Part shown: in pieces, positions 9,169 through 18,679 of the stretch | Layout: each line of letters starts with the position of its first letter | How positions within the stretch are numbered: position 1 is the first letter of the stretch | DNA from: Euryarchaeota archaeon SCGC AAA252-I15 | Lineage (GTDB): Archaea > Altiarchaeota > Altiarchaeia > IMC4 > SCGC-AAA252-I15 | Assembly (NCBI GenBank): GCA_000402775.1 | Contig: AQSC01000060.1 | Coordinates: forward strand, 31,780-95,779 | Direction of reading: 5' to 3' | Length of the DNA stretch: 64,000 nucleotides | Notes under the pieces: generated by a model | Told to the model about the DNA's origin: nothing | Database searches by the model: none | What the model saw: the letters and a program-made list of their open reading frames with translations, nothing else | Program-made: the position numbers and the translations under genes

Positions 9169-10290
9169 ATGGATTTTAAGGGACTTGAAAAAGAGGTTTA
9201 CGCGAATGTGTTTAAAAGGCTTCCATTATTGATTACTTCAGGAAGCGGAAGCTACGTGTGGGATGATGACGGAAGGAAGTACCTCGACTTTTACGCGGGG
9301 ATTGCCGTAAACTGCCTAGGCCACGCACACCCCCGCCTTACGAAAGTGATCGAAGAGCAGTATAAAAAACTCGCTCATGTTTCAAACTGGGTTTATACGA
9401 AGCCGCAGCTTGAACTCGCTGAAAAGCTTTTGGATTTGACGGGACTGGAAAAAGTTTTTTTTACGAACGACGGCTCCGAGTCTGTTGAATGCGCGCTGAA
9501 ACTGTCCCTGGCAAATTCAGGTAAAAGCGAGTTTATTGCCATGAAGCATGCGTTTCACGGGCGGACTTTAGGAGCTCTCTCTCTCACATGGGGGGACAAT
9601 TACGTCGACCCCTTCTCACAGTACATGAAGAGGGCTACTTTCGTGGATTACGGTAACGTAGATGCAGTGAGCGAGGCTATCGGCAATGATACGTCGGGTG
9701 TTTTCGTCGAACCCGTTCAGGGCGAGGCTGGAGTCCTCGTGCCTCCGAGAGGGTACTTGAAGGCTCTTGCCGATGTGACTGAGGATAAGGGAGTGCATTT
9801 GATAGTCGATGAAGTGCAAACCGGTTTCGGGCGGACTGGTAAGATGTTCGCCTTCGAACACGAAAAGATTAAGCCGGACATCCTCTGTCTTTCAAAGGCT
9901 ATGGGCAACGGCTTTCCAATCGGTGCTTGCATTTATGAGGGCATGGATTTTTCCGGGGGACAACACGGAGGTACTTTCCTTGGAAGCCCGCTTGCGTGCG
10001 CGGTAGCCAGTGAAGTAATAAGTGTCATCGAGGATGAGAACCTTGTTGAGAATTCAAGGATTATGGGAGAATACCTTGAAGAGGAGATTTCAGGGTTAGG
10101 TTTAAAATCTCATGGAATCGGGTTAATGAGGGGTGTAGACGTAGCTGACGGTGAAAAGGCCGTGTTGGATTTGATCGCGAAAGGAGTCTTAACCATTTAT
10201 TCGAAAAATGTGGTCCGAGTATTGCCTGCGCTTAATATAGGGAAAAAACATATTAATGAATTCATTGAAGCACTCTCAGAGGTGATTTAG
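9169..10290 (+). CDS. argD: Class III pyridoxal-phosphate aminotransferase (acetylornithine / LysW-lysine aminotransferase type)
   Basis: 373 aa. Motifs DEVQTGFGRTGKMFA and the PLP-lysine context LSKAMGNGFPIG. Overall ArgD/LysJ-like layout. Confidence 0.8.
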   Translation: MDFKGLEKEVYANVFKRLPLLITSGSGSYVWDDDGRKYLDFYAGIAVNCLGHAHPRLTKVIEEQYKKLAHVSNWVYTKPQLELAEKLLDLTGLEKVFFTNDGSESVECALKLSLANSGKSEFIAMKHAFHGRTLGALSLTWGDNYVDPFSQYMKRATFVDYGNVDAVSEAIGNDTSGVFVEPVQGEAGVLVPPRGYLKALADVTEDKGVHLIVDEVQTGFGRTGKMFAFEHEKIKPDILCLSKAMGNGFPIGACIYEGMDFSGGQHGGTFLGSPLACAVASEVISVIEDENLVENSRIMGEYLEEEISGLGLKSHGIGLMRGVDVADGEKAVLDLIAKGVLTIYSKNVVRVLPALNIGKKHINEFIEALSEVI

Positions 10291-10293
10291 GAT

Positions 10294-10488
10294 ATGTTAG
10301 ACCATGACCTTGTTGCAAGGATTTACGTGAAGCTTCCGCTGACAGACTGTGGCGAGTGTGGACTACCCACATGCAGGGAGTTCGCCGAAAAAATAGTGGT
10401 CGGAGAGAAAACAGTTTTTGACTGCACCCAATTGGAAAACGACATTGCGCAAGAGATATCGCTTATGATCGACGAGTACTTGAGATGA
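10294..10488 (+). CDS. Small stand-alone putative Fe-S cluster domain protein (RnfB N-terminal-like)
   Basis: 64 aa with the Cys pattern CGECGLPTC...C, resembling the putative 4Fe-4S FeS domain. Stop overlaps the dcd start (ATGA). Confidence 0.5.
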   Translation: MLDHDLVARIYVKLPLTDCGECGLPTCREFAEKIVVGEKTVFDCTQLENDIAQEISLMIDEYLR

Positions 10489-10973
10489 TTCTGAGTGCAA
10501 GCGAGATAAAAAAAAGGGTTGATTCAGACGGACTCATCTCAGACTATTCTGACAACAGTCTTGAAAGTTGCGGATACGACCTCCGATTCAAAAAAGCATA
10601 CAAAATCGAGTCCGATTCGTTTATGGGTGTATCCGAGCGGAAAACCCCTGAAGTAGCCGAGATTTTAGTAGACCCGATTGTAATTAAGCCTAAAGAATAC
10701 ATCCTGGTTGAATCCATTGAGGCGGTGAACATGCCGGATGATCTTATGGCAAGAATCCTCCCGAGGTCGAGCATATTTAGGATGGGCTGCATTCTAGCGA
10801 CTGCAGTGGTTGACCCTGGATTTCAGGGAACACTGACGATGGGGTTATCCAACCAGTCGGAATACGATTTCACTCTGGAGAAAAAATCCAGGATAGCCCA
10901 AATAGTATTCGAAAAAGTCGAAGGAGAAACCGCCCTGTATGACGGGAAATACCAAGGCGGGAAAATCGTATGA
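10485..10973 (+). CDS. dcd: dCTP deaminase / dUTP diphosphatase family protein
   Basis: 162 aa. Motifs GYDLR, SSIFRMG and VVDPGFQGTLTMGLSN are typical of the trimeric Dcd/Dut family. Confidence 0.8.
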   Translation: MILSASEIKKRVDSDGLISDYSDNSLESCGYDLRFKKAYKIESDSFMGVSERKTPEVAEILVDPIVIKPKEYILVESIEAVNMPDDLMARILPRSSIFRMGCILATAVVDPGFQGTLTMGLSNQSEYDFTLEKKSRIAQIVFEKVEGETALYDGKYQGGKIV

Positions 10974-11018
10974 CTTACCCCCCTTAAACCGCAACTTCTT
11001 AAACGACTTGTATAGGTA

Positions 11019-11984
11019 CTAGACTGCTTCAATCGTGGATGGAGGCTTCGACCCGATGTTGTAGGTAACGCTCACAACGCCGGGTACCTCGCCGGTAATC
11101 CTTTCAGCAAGTTTTGAAAGCGTCTTGAAAGACAGTTCGGTGGGCGTTGCAGTTCTTGCGTCAACACTATCCCAGCAACGAACCTCAATCTGCAAGCCGA
11201 AATCCCTCGCACCATCCCGCATGCCAGTGACCTTATCCTCATGCAAAATCGCCAGATACTGGAAAGCCGAAGTGTTGGAAAGCTCTTCCTCGACGATCAC
11301 GGTCGCCTTCCGGACCAGCTCAACCCTCTCCGAAGTCGCCTCACCGATAACCCTTGCAGACAAGGCAGGACCTGGGAAGGGCATCCTATTGTAGATGGAC
11401 TCTGGCAGGCCCAACGCTTGGCCAACCTTTCGGACACCGTCTTTTCGAAGCTGAACGAGCGGTTCGATGATGTTGTAGCCGAAAGCGTCGTTAGGGTCTA
11501 TGCCCAATTGCTCGAAGACGTTGTGCTGTCTTTTTATGCCGGCGACTGTTTCGTCCACGTCCGTTAAGATTGTCCCTTGAAGTAGGTGTTTCGCGCCGCT
11601 TTCTTTCACGAGTTTTCCGAACACGTCCTTGTAGAAGGTTTGGGTTATGGCCTCCCTCTTCTCCTCAGGATCGGTCACTCCCGAAAGTGCGTCGAAGAAC
11701 TGTTTTTTAGCGTCAACCACTTCCACGGAAACTCCCAAATCCGCAAACACTCCGACTATTTCTTCGGCTTCACCCTCCCTCATGAGACCGTTTTCGATGA
11801 AAATCGTTTTAAGCCTTCCCCCCAAAGCCTTGTGGGCGAGAAGGGTGACTACGGAGGAGTCTACTCCACCAGACAATGCATTAATCGCGACTCCGTCACC
11901 GACTACGGATGCGATCTTGTCAGCCTGCACTTTAATAAATTTCTCGGCATCCAAATCCCTAATACTTATTTCAGTTACATCCAT
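11019..11984 (-). CDS. guaA: GMP synthase (glutamine-hydrolysing) subunit B, ATP pyrophosphatase
   Basis: PP-loop SGGVDSSV near the N-terminus, and a C-terminal GMP synthase dimerisation region ending ..PPSTIEAV. The two-subunit form is typical of archaea. Confidence 0.9.
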   Translation of the reverse strand: MDVTEISIRDLDAEKFIKVQADKIASVVGDGVAINALSGGVDSSVVTLLAHKALGGRLKTIFIENGLMREGEAEEIVGVFADLGVSVEVVDAKKQFFDALSGVTDPEEKREAITQTFYKDVFGKLVKESGAKHLLQGTILTDVDETVAGIKRQHNVFEQLGIDPNDAFGYNIIEPLVQLRKDGVRKVGQALGLPESIYNRMPFPGPALSARVIGEATSERVELVRKATVIVEEELSNTSAFQYLAILHEDKVTGMRDGARDFGLQIEVRCWDSVDARTATPTELSFKTLSKLAERITGEVPGVVSVTYNIGSKPPSTIEAV

Positions 11985-12007
11985 CCCTAAAACACCTCAT
12001 ATTCAAT

Positions 12008-12427
12008 TTAATCACCAACAATTTTCACGACAAGCAATCTATCCCTGCCCCTTGTATCAAGTTCTAAAAAGACTATCTGCTGCCACGTGCCAAGTACTGG
12101 CTTTCCATCAGATACTGGGACGGTGATGTCTGGACCTAGGATGGTCGCCCGAACATGACTTCTGCCGTTGTCGCAACCCCACGTTTGATTGTGCTTATAG
12201 TCAATGTCACTCGGAGAAAACCGCTCGAAAGCTTCGGGCATGTCTTGCATAAGACCAGGCTCGAATTCAATAGTTGAGAGAGCTCCGGTCGAGCCGGGAC
12301 AGAAGATTAGGCAGATGCCGTCCTTGATTTTTGACGTGATGATTTCCTCGGCAACTTGATTTGTGATGTCTACGATCTCCCCCTCCCTCCTGGTCGTAAT
12401 CCTAATGTCTGATGAAAAAGTAGTCAT
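12008..12427 (-). CDS. YjbQ/UPF0047 family protein (secondary thiamine-phosphate synthase family)
   Basis: 139 aa. Conserved block DNGRSHVRATILGPDITVPVSDGKPVLGTWQQIVFLELD. Confidence 0.8.
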   Translation of the reverse strand: MTTFSSDIRITTRREGEIVDITNQVAEEIITSKIKDGICLIFCPGSTGALSTIEFEPGLMQDMPEAFERFSPSDIDYKHNQTWGCDNGRSHVRATILGPDITVPVSDGKPVLGTWQQIVFLELDTRGRDRLLVVKIVGD

Positions 12428-13332
12428 TTCAAAATCCTGGCTGCGCGATTGTTAGTCTTAGCCTCAACAACAGTACCATCAAATGATCGCCAAGCATCCT
12501 TAACGTCGTCGACTGAATCATCAGCCAAGGCGACCACTGAGGGTCCAGTGCCGGATAGGCCTGCAGCCAAAGCTCCCGCCTTCAAAGCCTCGATCGCGAT
12601 GTTCGGATCCTGTCCGAAAATCAAGGAGTGCATGAGACCGTTAATCGTTATTGCGGGATAAATCCTTCCCTCCTTCGCAGTGTTCCAGGCGAAATCGATT
12701 TCCCGTGCAATAGATTTGACTTTGCCTACGTCCACGCCACCAGAATAAATCTTTCCTTCAGGAAGGAAAACCAAAACTGTGAGATCCTCCATTTCCCCGG
12801 AAGCCACTATCGCCTTTGCCTTATTGTCTGTCACAGTATAGCCCCCAAAATATGAGGCTGAAGCATCATCGAAGGCGCCGGTAACCGTAACCTTAGCATC
12901 AAATGCAGCCTGAATCCCAGTCTTGATTATGGAAACCGGGTCAACAGGCATATTCCGTAAAATAATCTTTAGACTACCATCCTCTTCAACCAGCTCACCA
13001 TGCTCTTTAGCAAGCGCCCCCATAAGAGCGAGCGTTGTGGCGTTTGCGGCCGTGCTCGAGCTTTTAAGCCCGGCGGCTATGGGAATGTTCGATTCGGTTT
13101 CGACGTCGGCTCCGTAGGAGTGGTCGAAGCGTTCCATGACGCGTTTAACGCAAGACTCTAGAAGGAGCGTGTTTTCGTCGGGGTGGCCAATAATTTTTGC
13201 GTTTACTACTCCGTCGTCGCGGAGTTTCACGGTCGCCTTAGTCTCAAGGTCGACGCCGAACGCCCCTCCCTTGCCGGTTGCGAAAGCGCAGATGATTGTC
13301 GCGGCCCCGTGTGAAACAGCAGAAGATTCCAT
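12424..13332 (-). CDS. aroK: Shikimate kinase, archaeal GHMP-kinase type
   Basis: 302 aa. GHMP motif IPIAAGLKSSSTAANA and N-terminus GAATIICAFATGKG, as in archaeal shikimate kinases. Stop overlaps the start of yjbQ. Confidence 0.8.
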   Translation of the reverse strand: MESSAVSHGAATIICAFATGKGGAFGVDLETKATVKLRDDGVVNAKIIGHPDENTLLLESCVKRVMERFDHSYGADVETESNIPIAAGLKSSSTAANATTLALMGALAKEHGELVEEDGSLKIILRNMPVDPVSIIKTGIQAAFDAKVTVTGAFDDASASYFGGYTVTDNKAKAIVASGEMEDLTVLVFLPEGKIYSGGVDVGKVKSIAREIDFAWNTAKEGRIYPAITINGLMHSLIFGQDPNIAIEALKAGALAAGLSGTGPSVVALADDSVDDVKDAWRSFDGTVVEAKTNNRAARILK

Positions 13333-13360
13333 TCCCGTAAGTATTGTATACTGACACTAT

Positions 13361-14288
13361 TTAAGTTCTTGTTAAAGCCGCTTTTATTCGCGCGGTTAAT
13401 TCTTCGTTTACGGGTGTTGGTATTCCAAGACGCACTCCTTCGGAGACTATGTAGCCGTTTATCGCGTCGACTTCCGTCCTCCTACCACTTGCTACGTCCA
13501 TCCACATCGAGTTCTTGTTTGAGAAAGTGGCTTTCGAAACAGAAATTGCCTTTTCTAAGGGATTTTCAGGCAAGGTGATGCCGGCTGCTTTTGCAACCAA
13601 CTCTCCCTCGGAAATGGCATTCTCAGCCAATTCGGAAGTCTCCTCGTCCTCGAAAACCTGCCCGTTCGTCTTTTCATACAACGCCCCGATTGCGTTTATC
13701 CCGGCGTTTACTAGCGTCTTCAACCAGACGTCGGCGGCAATATCCTCCGAAATCCGCGTCTGAATGCCAGCGCGATCAAACACACCCTTACACTCTGAAA
13801 CCAAACCTTCCTGGCGGCTCGTCAAAGACCCCACAACAGTCTCACCGACCCCTGTATGGCGAACCATGCCAAAACCCTCGATCAATGCTCCGTGAGAAGT
13901 CACCCCCCCGGACAAGCTGACGAAGAGGAACCAAATCCTGGATAAGCCGCTCCTGACCTAAACCGTTTTGGAGAAGCAGGACTATAGTGTCTTTTCCGAC
14001 TAGGGGTTTAGAAGACTTCACAGCATCCCTTACCGAATACGTCTTTGAAGTGATTAACACCAGATCTTGCGGCTCAATTTCAGAGGGATTTGTAGAAGTT
14101 TCAAGTAGTTTAAAGACTCCCACAGTCTTTCCAGACAAGACAAGCCCTTCCTCTGAAATTTTTTTCAAGTGAAACCTGCTTTGACCGTCAGAGCGTCCAA
14201 TAAAGACAACCTTATTATCCGAAATCCTGCTTAAAAGCCCGCCAAACAAGCTTCCAATCGCCCCCGGCCCGACAACGGAAATCTTCAT
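13361..14288 (-). pseudogene. panE: 2-dehydropantoate 2-reductase (PanE/ApbA), split by a +1 frameshift in a G7/C7 homopolymer
   Basis: The N-terminal ORF (13842-14288, MKISVVGPGAIGSLFGG Rossmann motif) and the C-terminal ORF (13361-13915) overlap. The frames switch exactly at C7 (13903-13909). Removing one base gives a continuous protein of about 308 aa reading ..LRQLVRGVTSHGALIEG.. Confidence 0.8.
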
Positions 14289-14327
14289 GACAGTATTTTA
14301 TTATGAGGATGTATTAATTATTTCACC
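14289..14327. promoter_or_regulatory. AT-rich divergent intergenic region with TATA-like boxes
   Basis: 39-nt spacer gacagtattttattatgaggatgtattaattatttcacc between divergent panE and ribA. tattttatta lies about 24-33 nt upstream of the ribA ATG, and aaataattaata is at a similar distance on the other strand. Confidence 0.3.
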
Positions 14328-14903
14328 ATGATCGAGAAGATTGATTCTGCCCTGCTTCCGACAAAGTTCGGCGACTTCGTAGTCCACGCGTATAAGTCCG
14401 GCGAGGGTGATGAAATACTGGCCCTCACAAAGGGTGACGTAGCCGGTGATGACGTACTCGTTCGCGTGCACTCGGCATGCCTTACTGGAGACGTCTTCCA
14501 CAGCCGGAGGTGTGATTGTGGAAACCAGCTTGAACTAAGCATTGATGAAATAGACCGCGAGAAGCGTGGGATAATAATTTATATTCCAACCGATGAGGGT
14601 CGGGGAATAGGTATTTTAAACAAGATTAAGGCTTACCACCTTCAAGACGAGGGGTTGGATACTGTCGAGGCTAATGAGGCTTTGGGTTTTAAGGCGGATT
14701 TACGCCACTATGAATACATTGTGGACGTCTTGAAGGATTTGGGTGTGAAATCCTTACGCCTTCTCACAAACAATCCGGACAAGCTGGCTGGATTTAACAA
14801 CTCCGATATTTCAGTGAAACGGGTTCCCATAATCATCCCTGAAGATAGGATAAGTGAATCATACCTCAAAACAAAGAGAGACAAGATGGGGCACATACTG
14901 TAA
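14328..14903 (+). CDS. ribA: GTP cyclohydrolase II
   Basis: 191 aa. Zinc/catalytic signature VRVHSACLTGDVFHSRRCDCGNQL, followed by EGRGIGILNKIKAY. Confidence 0.9.
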   Translation: MIEKIDSALLPTKFGDFVVHAYKSGEGDEILALTKGDVAGDDVLVRVHSACLTGDVFHSRRCDCGNQLELSIDEIDREKRGIIIYIPTDEGRGIGILNKIKAYHLQDEGLDTVEANEALGFKADLRHYEYIVDVLKDLGVKSLRLLTNNPDKLAGFNNSDISVKRVPIIIPEDRISESYLKTKRDKMGHIL

Positions 14904-14906
14904 AAG

Positions 14907-17582
14907 ATGAGTCTTAAAGGCCTTGAAAAGATATTCTCCCCTAAGACGGTTGCCGTGATAGGCGCAAGCAACCAAGAAGGAAGCGTGGGCTACTCGATCA
15001 TGGCAAACCTGTTAGGCCACGGATTCGAGGGCACGGTCTATCCCGTCAACCCTAAGAGGGAGAGCGTTCAGGGAGTCCACGCCTACAAGTCCATCGGTGA
15101 AGTCCCAAGGAGGGTGGATTTGGCAGTAGTGGCAACGCCCGCCAAAACAGTGCCGAAAGTCGTGGAAGAATGCGGTAAGGCGGGTGTTAAGGGGCTTGTC
15201 GTAATATCCTCGGGTTTTAAGGAAGCGGGAGAGGAAGGTAGTAAACTCGAATCCGAAATCGGGGAAATCCTGAAAAAATACCAGATGCGGCTTGTAGGGC
15301 CGAACTGCCTGGGAGTCATAAACCCCCGCCTAAAACTAAACGCAAGCTTCGCGATAAAGATGCCCCGGGAGGGAAACATCGCCTTCATATCCCAGAGCGG
15401 GGCGATATGCTCCGCGATAATAGACTGGGCCGACGAAAAGAACATCGGATTCAGCTACTTTATATCGATAGGCTCCATGCTCGACGTCGACTTCGGGGAT
15501 TTAATAGACTTCTTCGGATATGATGCGAAAACTCAAAGCATTGTCATATACATGGAGTCGCTTAAAAACGCGAAAAAATTCATGAGTGCTGCAAGCGGTT
15601 TCGCAAGGAAAAAACCGATCATTGTTGTCAAGTCGGGCCGTTTCGAAGAGGGTAGGAAGGCTGTCATCTCCCACACGGGTGCTATCGCAGGCATGGATGA
15701 AGTGTACTCCGCTGCTTTCAAGCGTGCGGGCGTGGTGAGGGTGAAGGAGGTGTCCGACCTGTTTGAGAACTCCGAGAAACTTGCCATGGGTCCCCTCCCC
15801 AAAGGCCCGAACATAGCAGTCATCACAAACGCGGGTGGGCCGGGAGTCATGGCAGCAGACAAGATAATGGAGCTTGGAGGTGCGCTTGCCCCGATTTCAG
15901 ACGACACTGTGAGGAAGCTTAGTGAGAGACTTCATAAAAACTGGAGTAAAGGCAATCCCATCGACGTTTTGGGGGATGCTGGCCCTGAAGAATACGGGAG
16001 TGCAATTTCAGCCGTAATCGAGGATGATAGTGTAGACGGAATAGTGGTTATCTTAACTCCTCAGGCGGGGACGGATCCAGAGGAGGTGGCTAAATCGGTT
16101 ATTGATGCGTGGAAGGGCTCGAAAAAGCCCATAACATCCTGCTGGATGGGTGGGGGGAGTATTCATAAGGCTTCCGAGCTTTTGCTTGCGAGTCGGATAC
16201 CAACCTACCAGACGCCAGAGCAGGCGGTGAAACCCCTGCTTCACGGATTCGAGTATTATCATAACTTAAAGCTTTTGCATGAGACTCCGAGGGAGTTGAG
16301 CAATGGTTTGAACCCTGACCGAGGAATGCTTTCAAGGCTTGTTAAACAGCACGTGAAAAAGGGTGAGCTTGTTTTGTGCGAGAGGGATTCTAAGGAGTTC
16401 GTCAGGGAATATGGTATACCCACGACCAGGATGATTCTTGCCAAGACAAAAAAGGAGGCTGTTGAGGCTGCCGAGAAGATAGGCTATCCCGTGGTCGCAA
16501 AGATTGAATCCCCAGACATAACCCATAAGACCGATGCTGGCGGCGTGGTTTTAAGCATTCTTTCCTCAAGGGAGGTTGAGGAGGCGTTCGACAGGATTAA
16601 GTTGAATGCCAGAAAATTCAACCCAAAGGCGAGGATTAACGGCGTGACGGTCTGCAAAATGATCCAGAAGCGCGGCTTCGAGCTTCTTTTAGGCGCCAAG
16701 CGTGACGAAATCTTCGGGGAGGTGATAGTCTTCGGAGCTGGAGGCACGTTAGTCGACGTTTTAGGAGACAAGGGCATCGGGCTGCCACCTTTAAACCAGA
16801 CGCTTGCAAGACGCATGATGGAGGAGACGAAAAGCTACAGGCTTCTTAAGAACGGTTCGAGGGATCGTCCTCCCGCAAATTTGATCGAGATCGAAAAGGC
16901 CATAGTTAATTTCTCGCAGATGATCGTGGAAAACCCCGAGATAATTGAAGTAGACTTGAATCCTCTACTGGCCACTCCAGAAGGCGTCGTCGCCCTAGAC
17001 GCCCGAATCATACTCGACGAGAAAAAAGCTTTAAAGTCACCAAACCACCTTTGCATAACCCCATACCCTACAGACCTCACCGAGGAATGGAAGACCAAGA
17101 CTGGGGAGCCCATAACGCTTCGACCGATTAAGGCGGAAGACGAGTACAAGCTTAAAGAACTTTTCGAATCCCTAACCGAGAAGACTGTGAGATTCAGGTT
17201 CTTCCACCCTATAAAGGAGATGACCCACGAAATGCTCGTCAGGTACTGCCACAACGACTACGACAGGGAGCTAGCTATCGTCGCGGAAAATCACGGCCGG
17301 ATCATGGGAGTAAGCAGGCTCATGCTCGATCCGGGGGAAAAGACTGCTGAATTTGCGGTCGTCGTCACTGATTCATGGCAGAACAAGGGTCTCGGCTCCA
17401 AACTCGTCTCCAAGATGATTGAGATAGCCTTAATGAAGGACCTTACGAAGGTTTATGCAACGGTCATCAAGGAGAACATTGTAATGACCCACCTTGCGAA
17501 AAAAATGGGTTTCACGGTCGAGGACAGTGAGGATGAGGACATATACAATCTTGCGCTTTACTTGAAGGGTGGTGGGAGATGA
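14907..17582 (+). CDS. ADP-forming acetyl-CoA synthetase (alpha-beta fused) with C-terminal GNAT acetyltransferase domain (Pat-like)
   Basis: 891 aa. Domains in order: CoA-binding N-terminus (VAVIGASN), a succinyl-CoA-synthetase-like flavodoxin domain with the SHTGAIAG loop, an ATP-grasp (YGIPT..GYPVVAKI), and a GNAT (VVVTDSWQNKGLGSKL). Confidence 0.85.
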   Translation: MSLKGLEKIFSPKTVAVIGASNQEGSVGYSIMANLLGHGFEGTVYPVNPKRESVQGVHAYKSIGEVPRRVDLAVVATPAKTVPKVVEECGKAGVKGLVVISSGFKEAGEEGSKLESEIGEILKKYQMRLVGPNCLGVINPRLKLNASFAIKMPREGNIAFISQSGAICSAIIDWADEKNIGFSYFISIGSMLDVDFGDLIDFFGYDAKTQSIVIYMESLKNAKKFMSAASGFARKKPIIVVKSGRFEEGRKAVISHTGAIAGMDEVYSAAFKRAGVVRVKEVSDLFENSEKLAMGPLPKGPNIAVITNAGGPGVMAADKIMELGGALAPISDDTVRKLSERLHKNWSKGNPIDVLGDAGPEEYGSAISAVIEDDSVDGIVVILTPQAGTDPEEVAKSVIDAWKGSKKPITSCWMGGGSIHKASELLLASRIPTYQTPEQAVKPLLHGFEYYHNLKLLHETPRELSNGLNPDRGMLSRLVKQHVKKGELVLCERDSKEFVREYGIPTTRMILAKTKKEAVEAAEKIGYPVVAKIESPDITHKTDAGGVVLSILSSREVEEAFDRIKLNARKFNPKARINGVTVCKMIQKRGFELLLGAKRDEIFGEVIVFGAGGTLVDVLGDKGIGLPPLNQTLARRMMEETKSYRLLKNGSRDRPPANLIEIEKAIVNFSQMIVENPEIIEVDLNPLLATPEGVVALDARIILDEKKALKSPNHLCITPYPTDLTEEWKTKTGEPITLRPIKAEDEYKLKELFESLTEKTVRFRFFHPIKEMTHEMLVRYCHNDYDRELAIVAENHGRIMGVSRLMLDPGEKTAEFAVVVTDSWQNKGLGSKLVSKMIEIALMKDLTKVYATVIKENIVMTHLAKKMGFTVEDSEDEDIYNLALYLKGGGR

Positions 17583-18679
17583 ACACGGGTATCGTATTCC
17601 ACAACGAGTATTTAAAGCACAAGCAGATTGAAAACCACCCGGAAAACCCGCAAAGACTTGAAACAACCATGGAGTATTTCTTGAAAACACAAATACTAGA
17701 CGTCGTCGAACAGTTAAATCCAGAGCCCGCTTCATTGGAGGATTTGGAGAGAGTCCACTCTAAAGCGCACGTCCAGCACATCAAGAGTCTGAGCGAGATG
17801 GGTCACGGACGCTTCGGAGTTATCGACTCCGACACTTACGTGTGCGAGCACACTTACTCGGCGGCGCTTCTTGCCGCCGGCGGCGTCATGGCAGCTGGCG
17901 AGGCGGTTTGGAAGGGCGAGTTGGACAACTGCTTTGCATTAGTCAGGCCTCCCGGACACCATGCATCCAAGAACCAGGCGACTGGATTCTGCTACTTCGA
18001 CAACATCTCCATCATGGTGAAGTACCTTCAAGCCAGACACAATGTTAAGAAAGTGTTCATTTTCGACTGGGACGCCCACGCCCCGAACGGGACGATGGGC
18101 ACATTTTACACAGACCCCGGCGTCTTGAACATGTCAATCCACCAGGATCCGCGCAATTTCTACCCGGGACACGGCTTCATAGACCAGATGGGTGAGGAGG
18201 CTGGCAGGGGCTACACCATAAACTTTCCCGTGCCGGCGGGCACAGGAGATGCAGACTACCTACACTTTCTTAATGAATTCGTAGTCCCGAGAGTCAGGAA
18301 ATTCAAGCCTGATTTAATAGCGGTCGCAGCAGGCCAGGACTCACATATAAGCGACCTCATATCCCAGTTGAACGTGACGGATGCGGGATACGCCTCGATG
18401 ACAAAAACCCTGATGGATCTTGCCGACGAAGTCTGCAAGGGAAAACTCGTCCTCGAACTTGAGGGAGGCTACAACCTTAAGACTCTTCCAGCCACAAACC
18501 ACAAAATCCTTTCGACTTTGACTGGCATCCCGCCTGAAAAGGAGATTGAGGGAAAGATACTAGAGTCGACGAGAACACTGCTACAAAAACTTAACGACTC
18601 ATTGAAGTCGAGCAAGCTCTGGCAGGAAGGGCCCGACCCAGTTGAAGCGGACGTGCCGTGTGAAGAAAAGCAGAAATGA
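17579..18679 (+). CDS. Histone deacetylase-family (class II HDAC/AcuC-like) deacetylase
   Basis: Motifs RPPGHHA, FDWDAHAPNG and LEGGYN. ATGA overlap with the upstream gene. Confidence 0.85.
   Translation: MNTGIVFHNEYLKHKQIENHPENPQRLETTMEYFLKTQILDVVEQLNPEPASLEDLERVHSKAHVQHIKSLSEMGHGRFGVIDSDTYVCEHTYSAALLAAGGVMAAGEAVWKGELDNCFALVRPPGHHASKNQATGFCYFDNISIMVKYLQARHNVKKVFIFDWDAHAPNGTMGTFYTDPGVLNMSIHQDPRNFYPGHGFIDQMGEEAGRGYTINFPVPAGTGDADYLHFLNEFVVPRVRKFKPDLIAVAAGQDSHISDLISQLNVTDAGYASMTKTLMDLADEVCKGKLVLELEGGYNLKTLPATNHKILSTLTGIPPEKEIEGKILESTRTLLQKLNDSLKSSKLWQEGPDPVEADVPCEEKQK

Noticed and set aside
17579-18679. HDAC motif reads DWDAHAPNG instead of the common D-x-D-x-H-H-G-x-G, which could suggest an inactive enzyme
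   Set aside because: The zinc ligands (D-x-H in this motif), the GHHA catalytic pair and the GGY tyrosine are all present. The substituted residue is not a metal ligand, so there is no basis to call the enzyme inactive.
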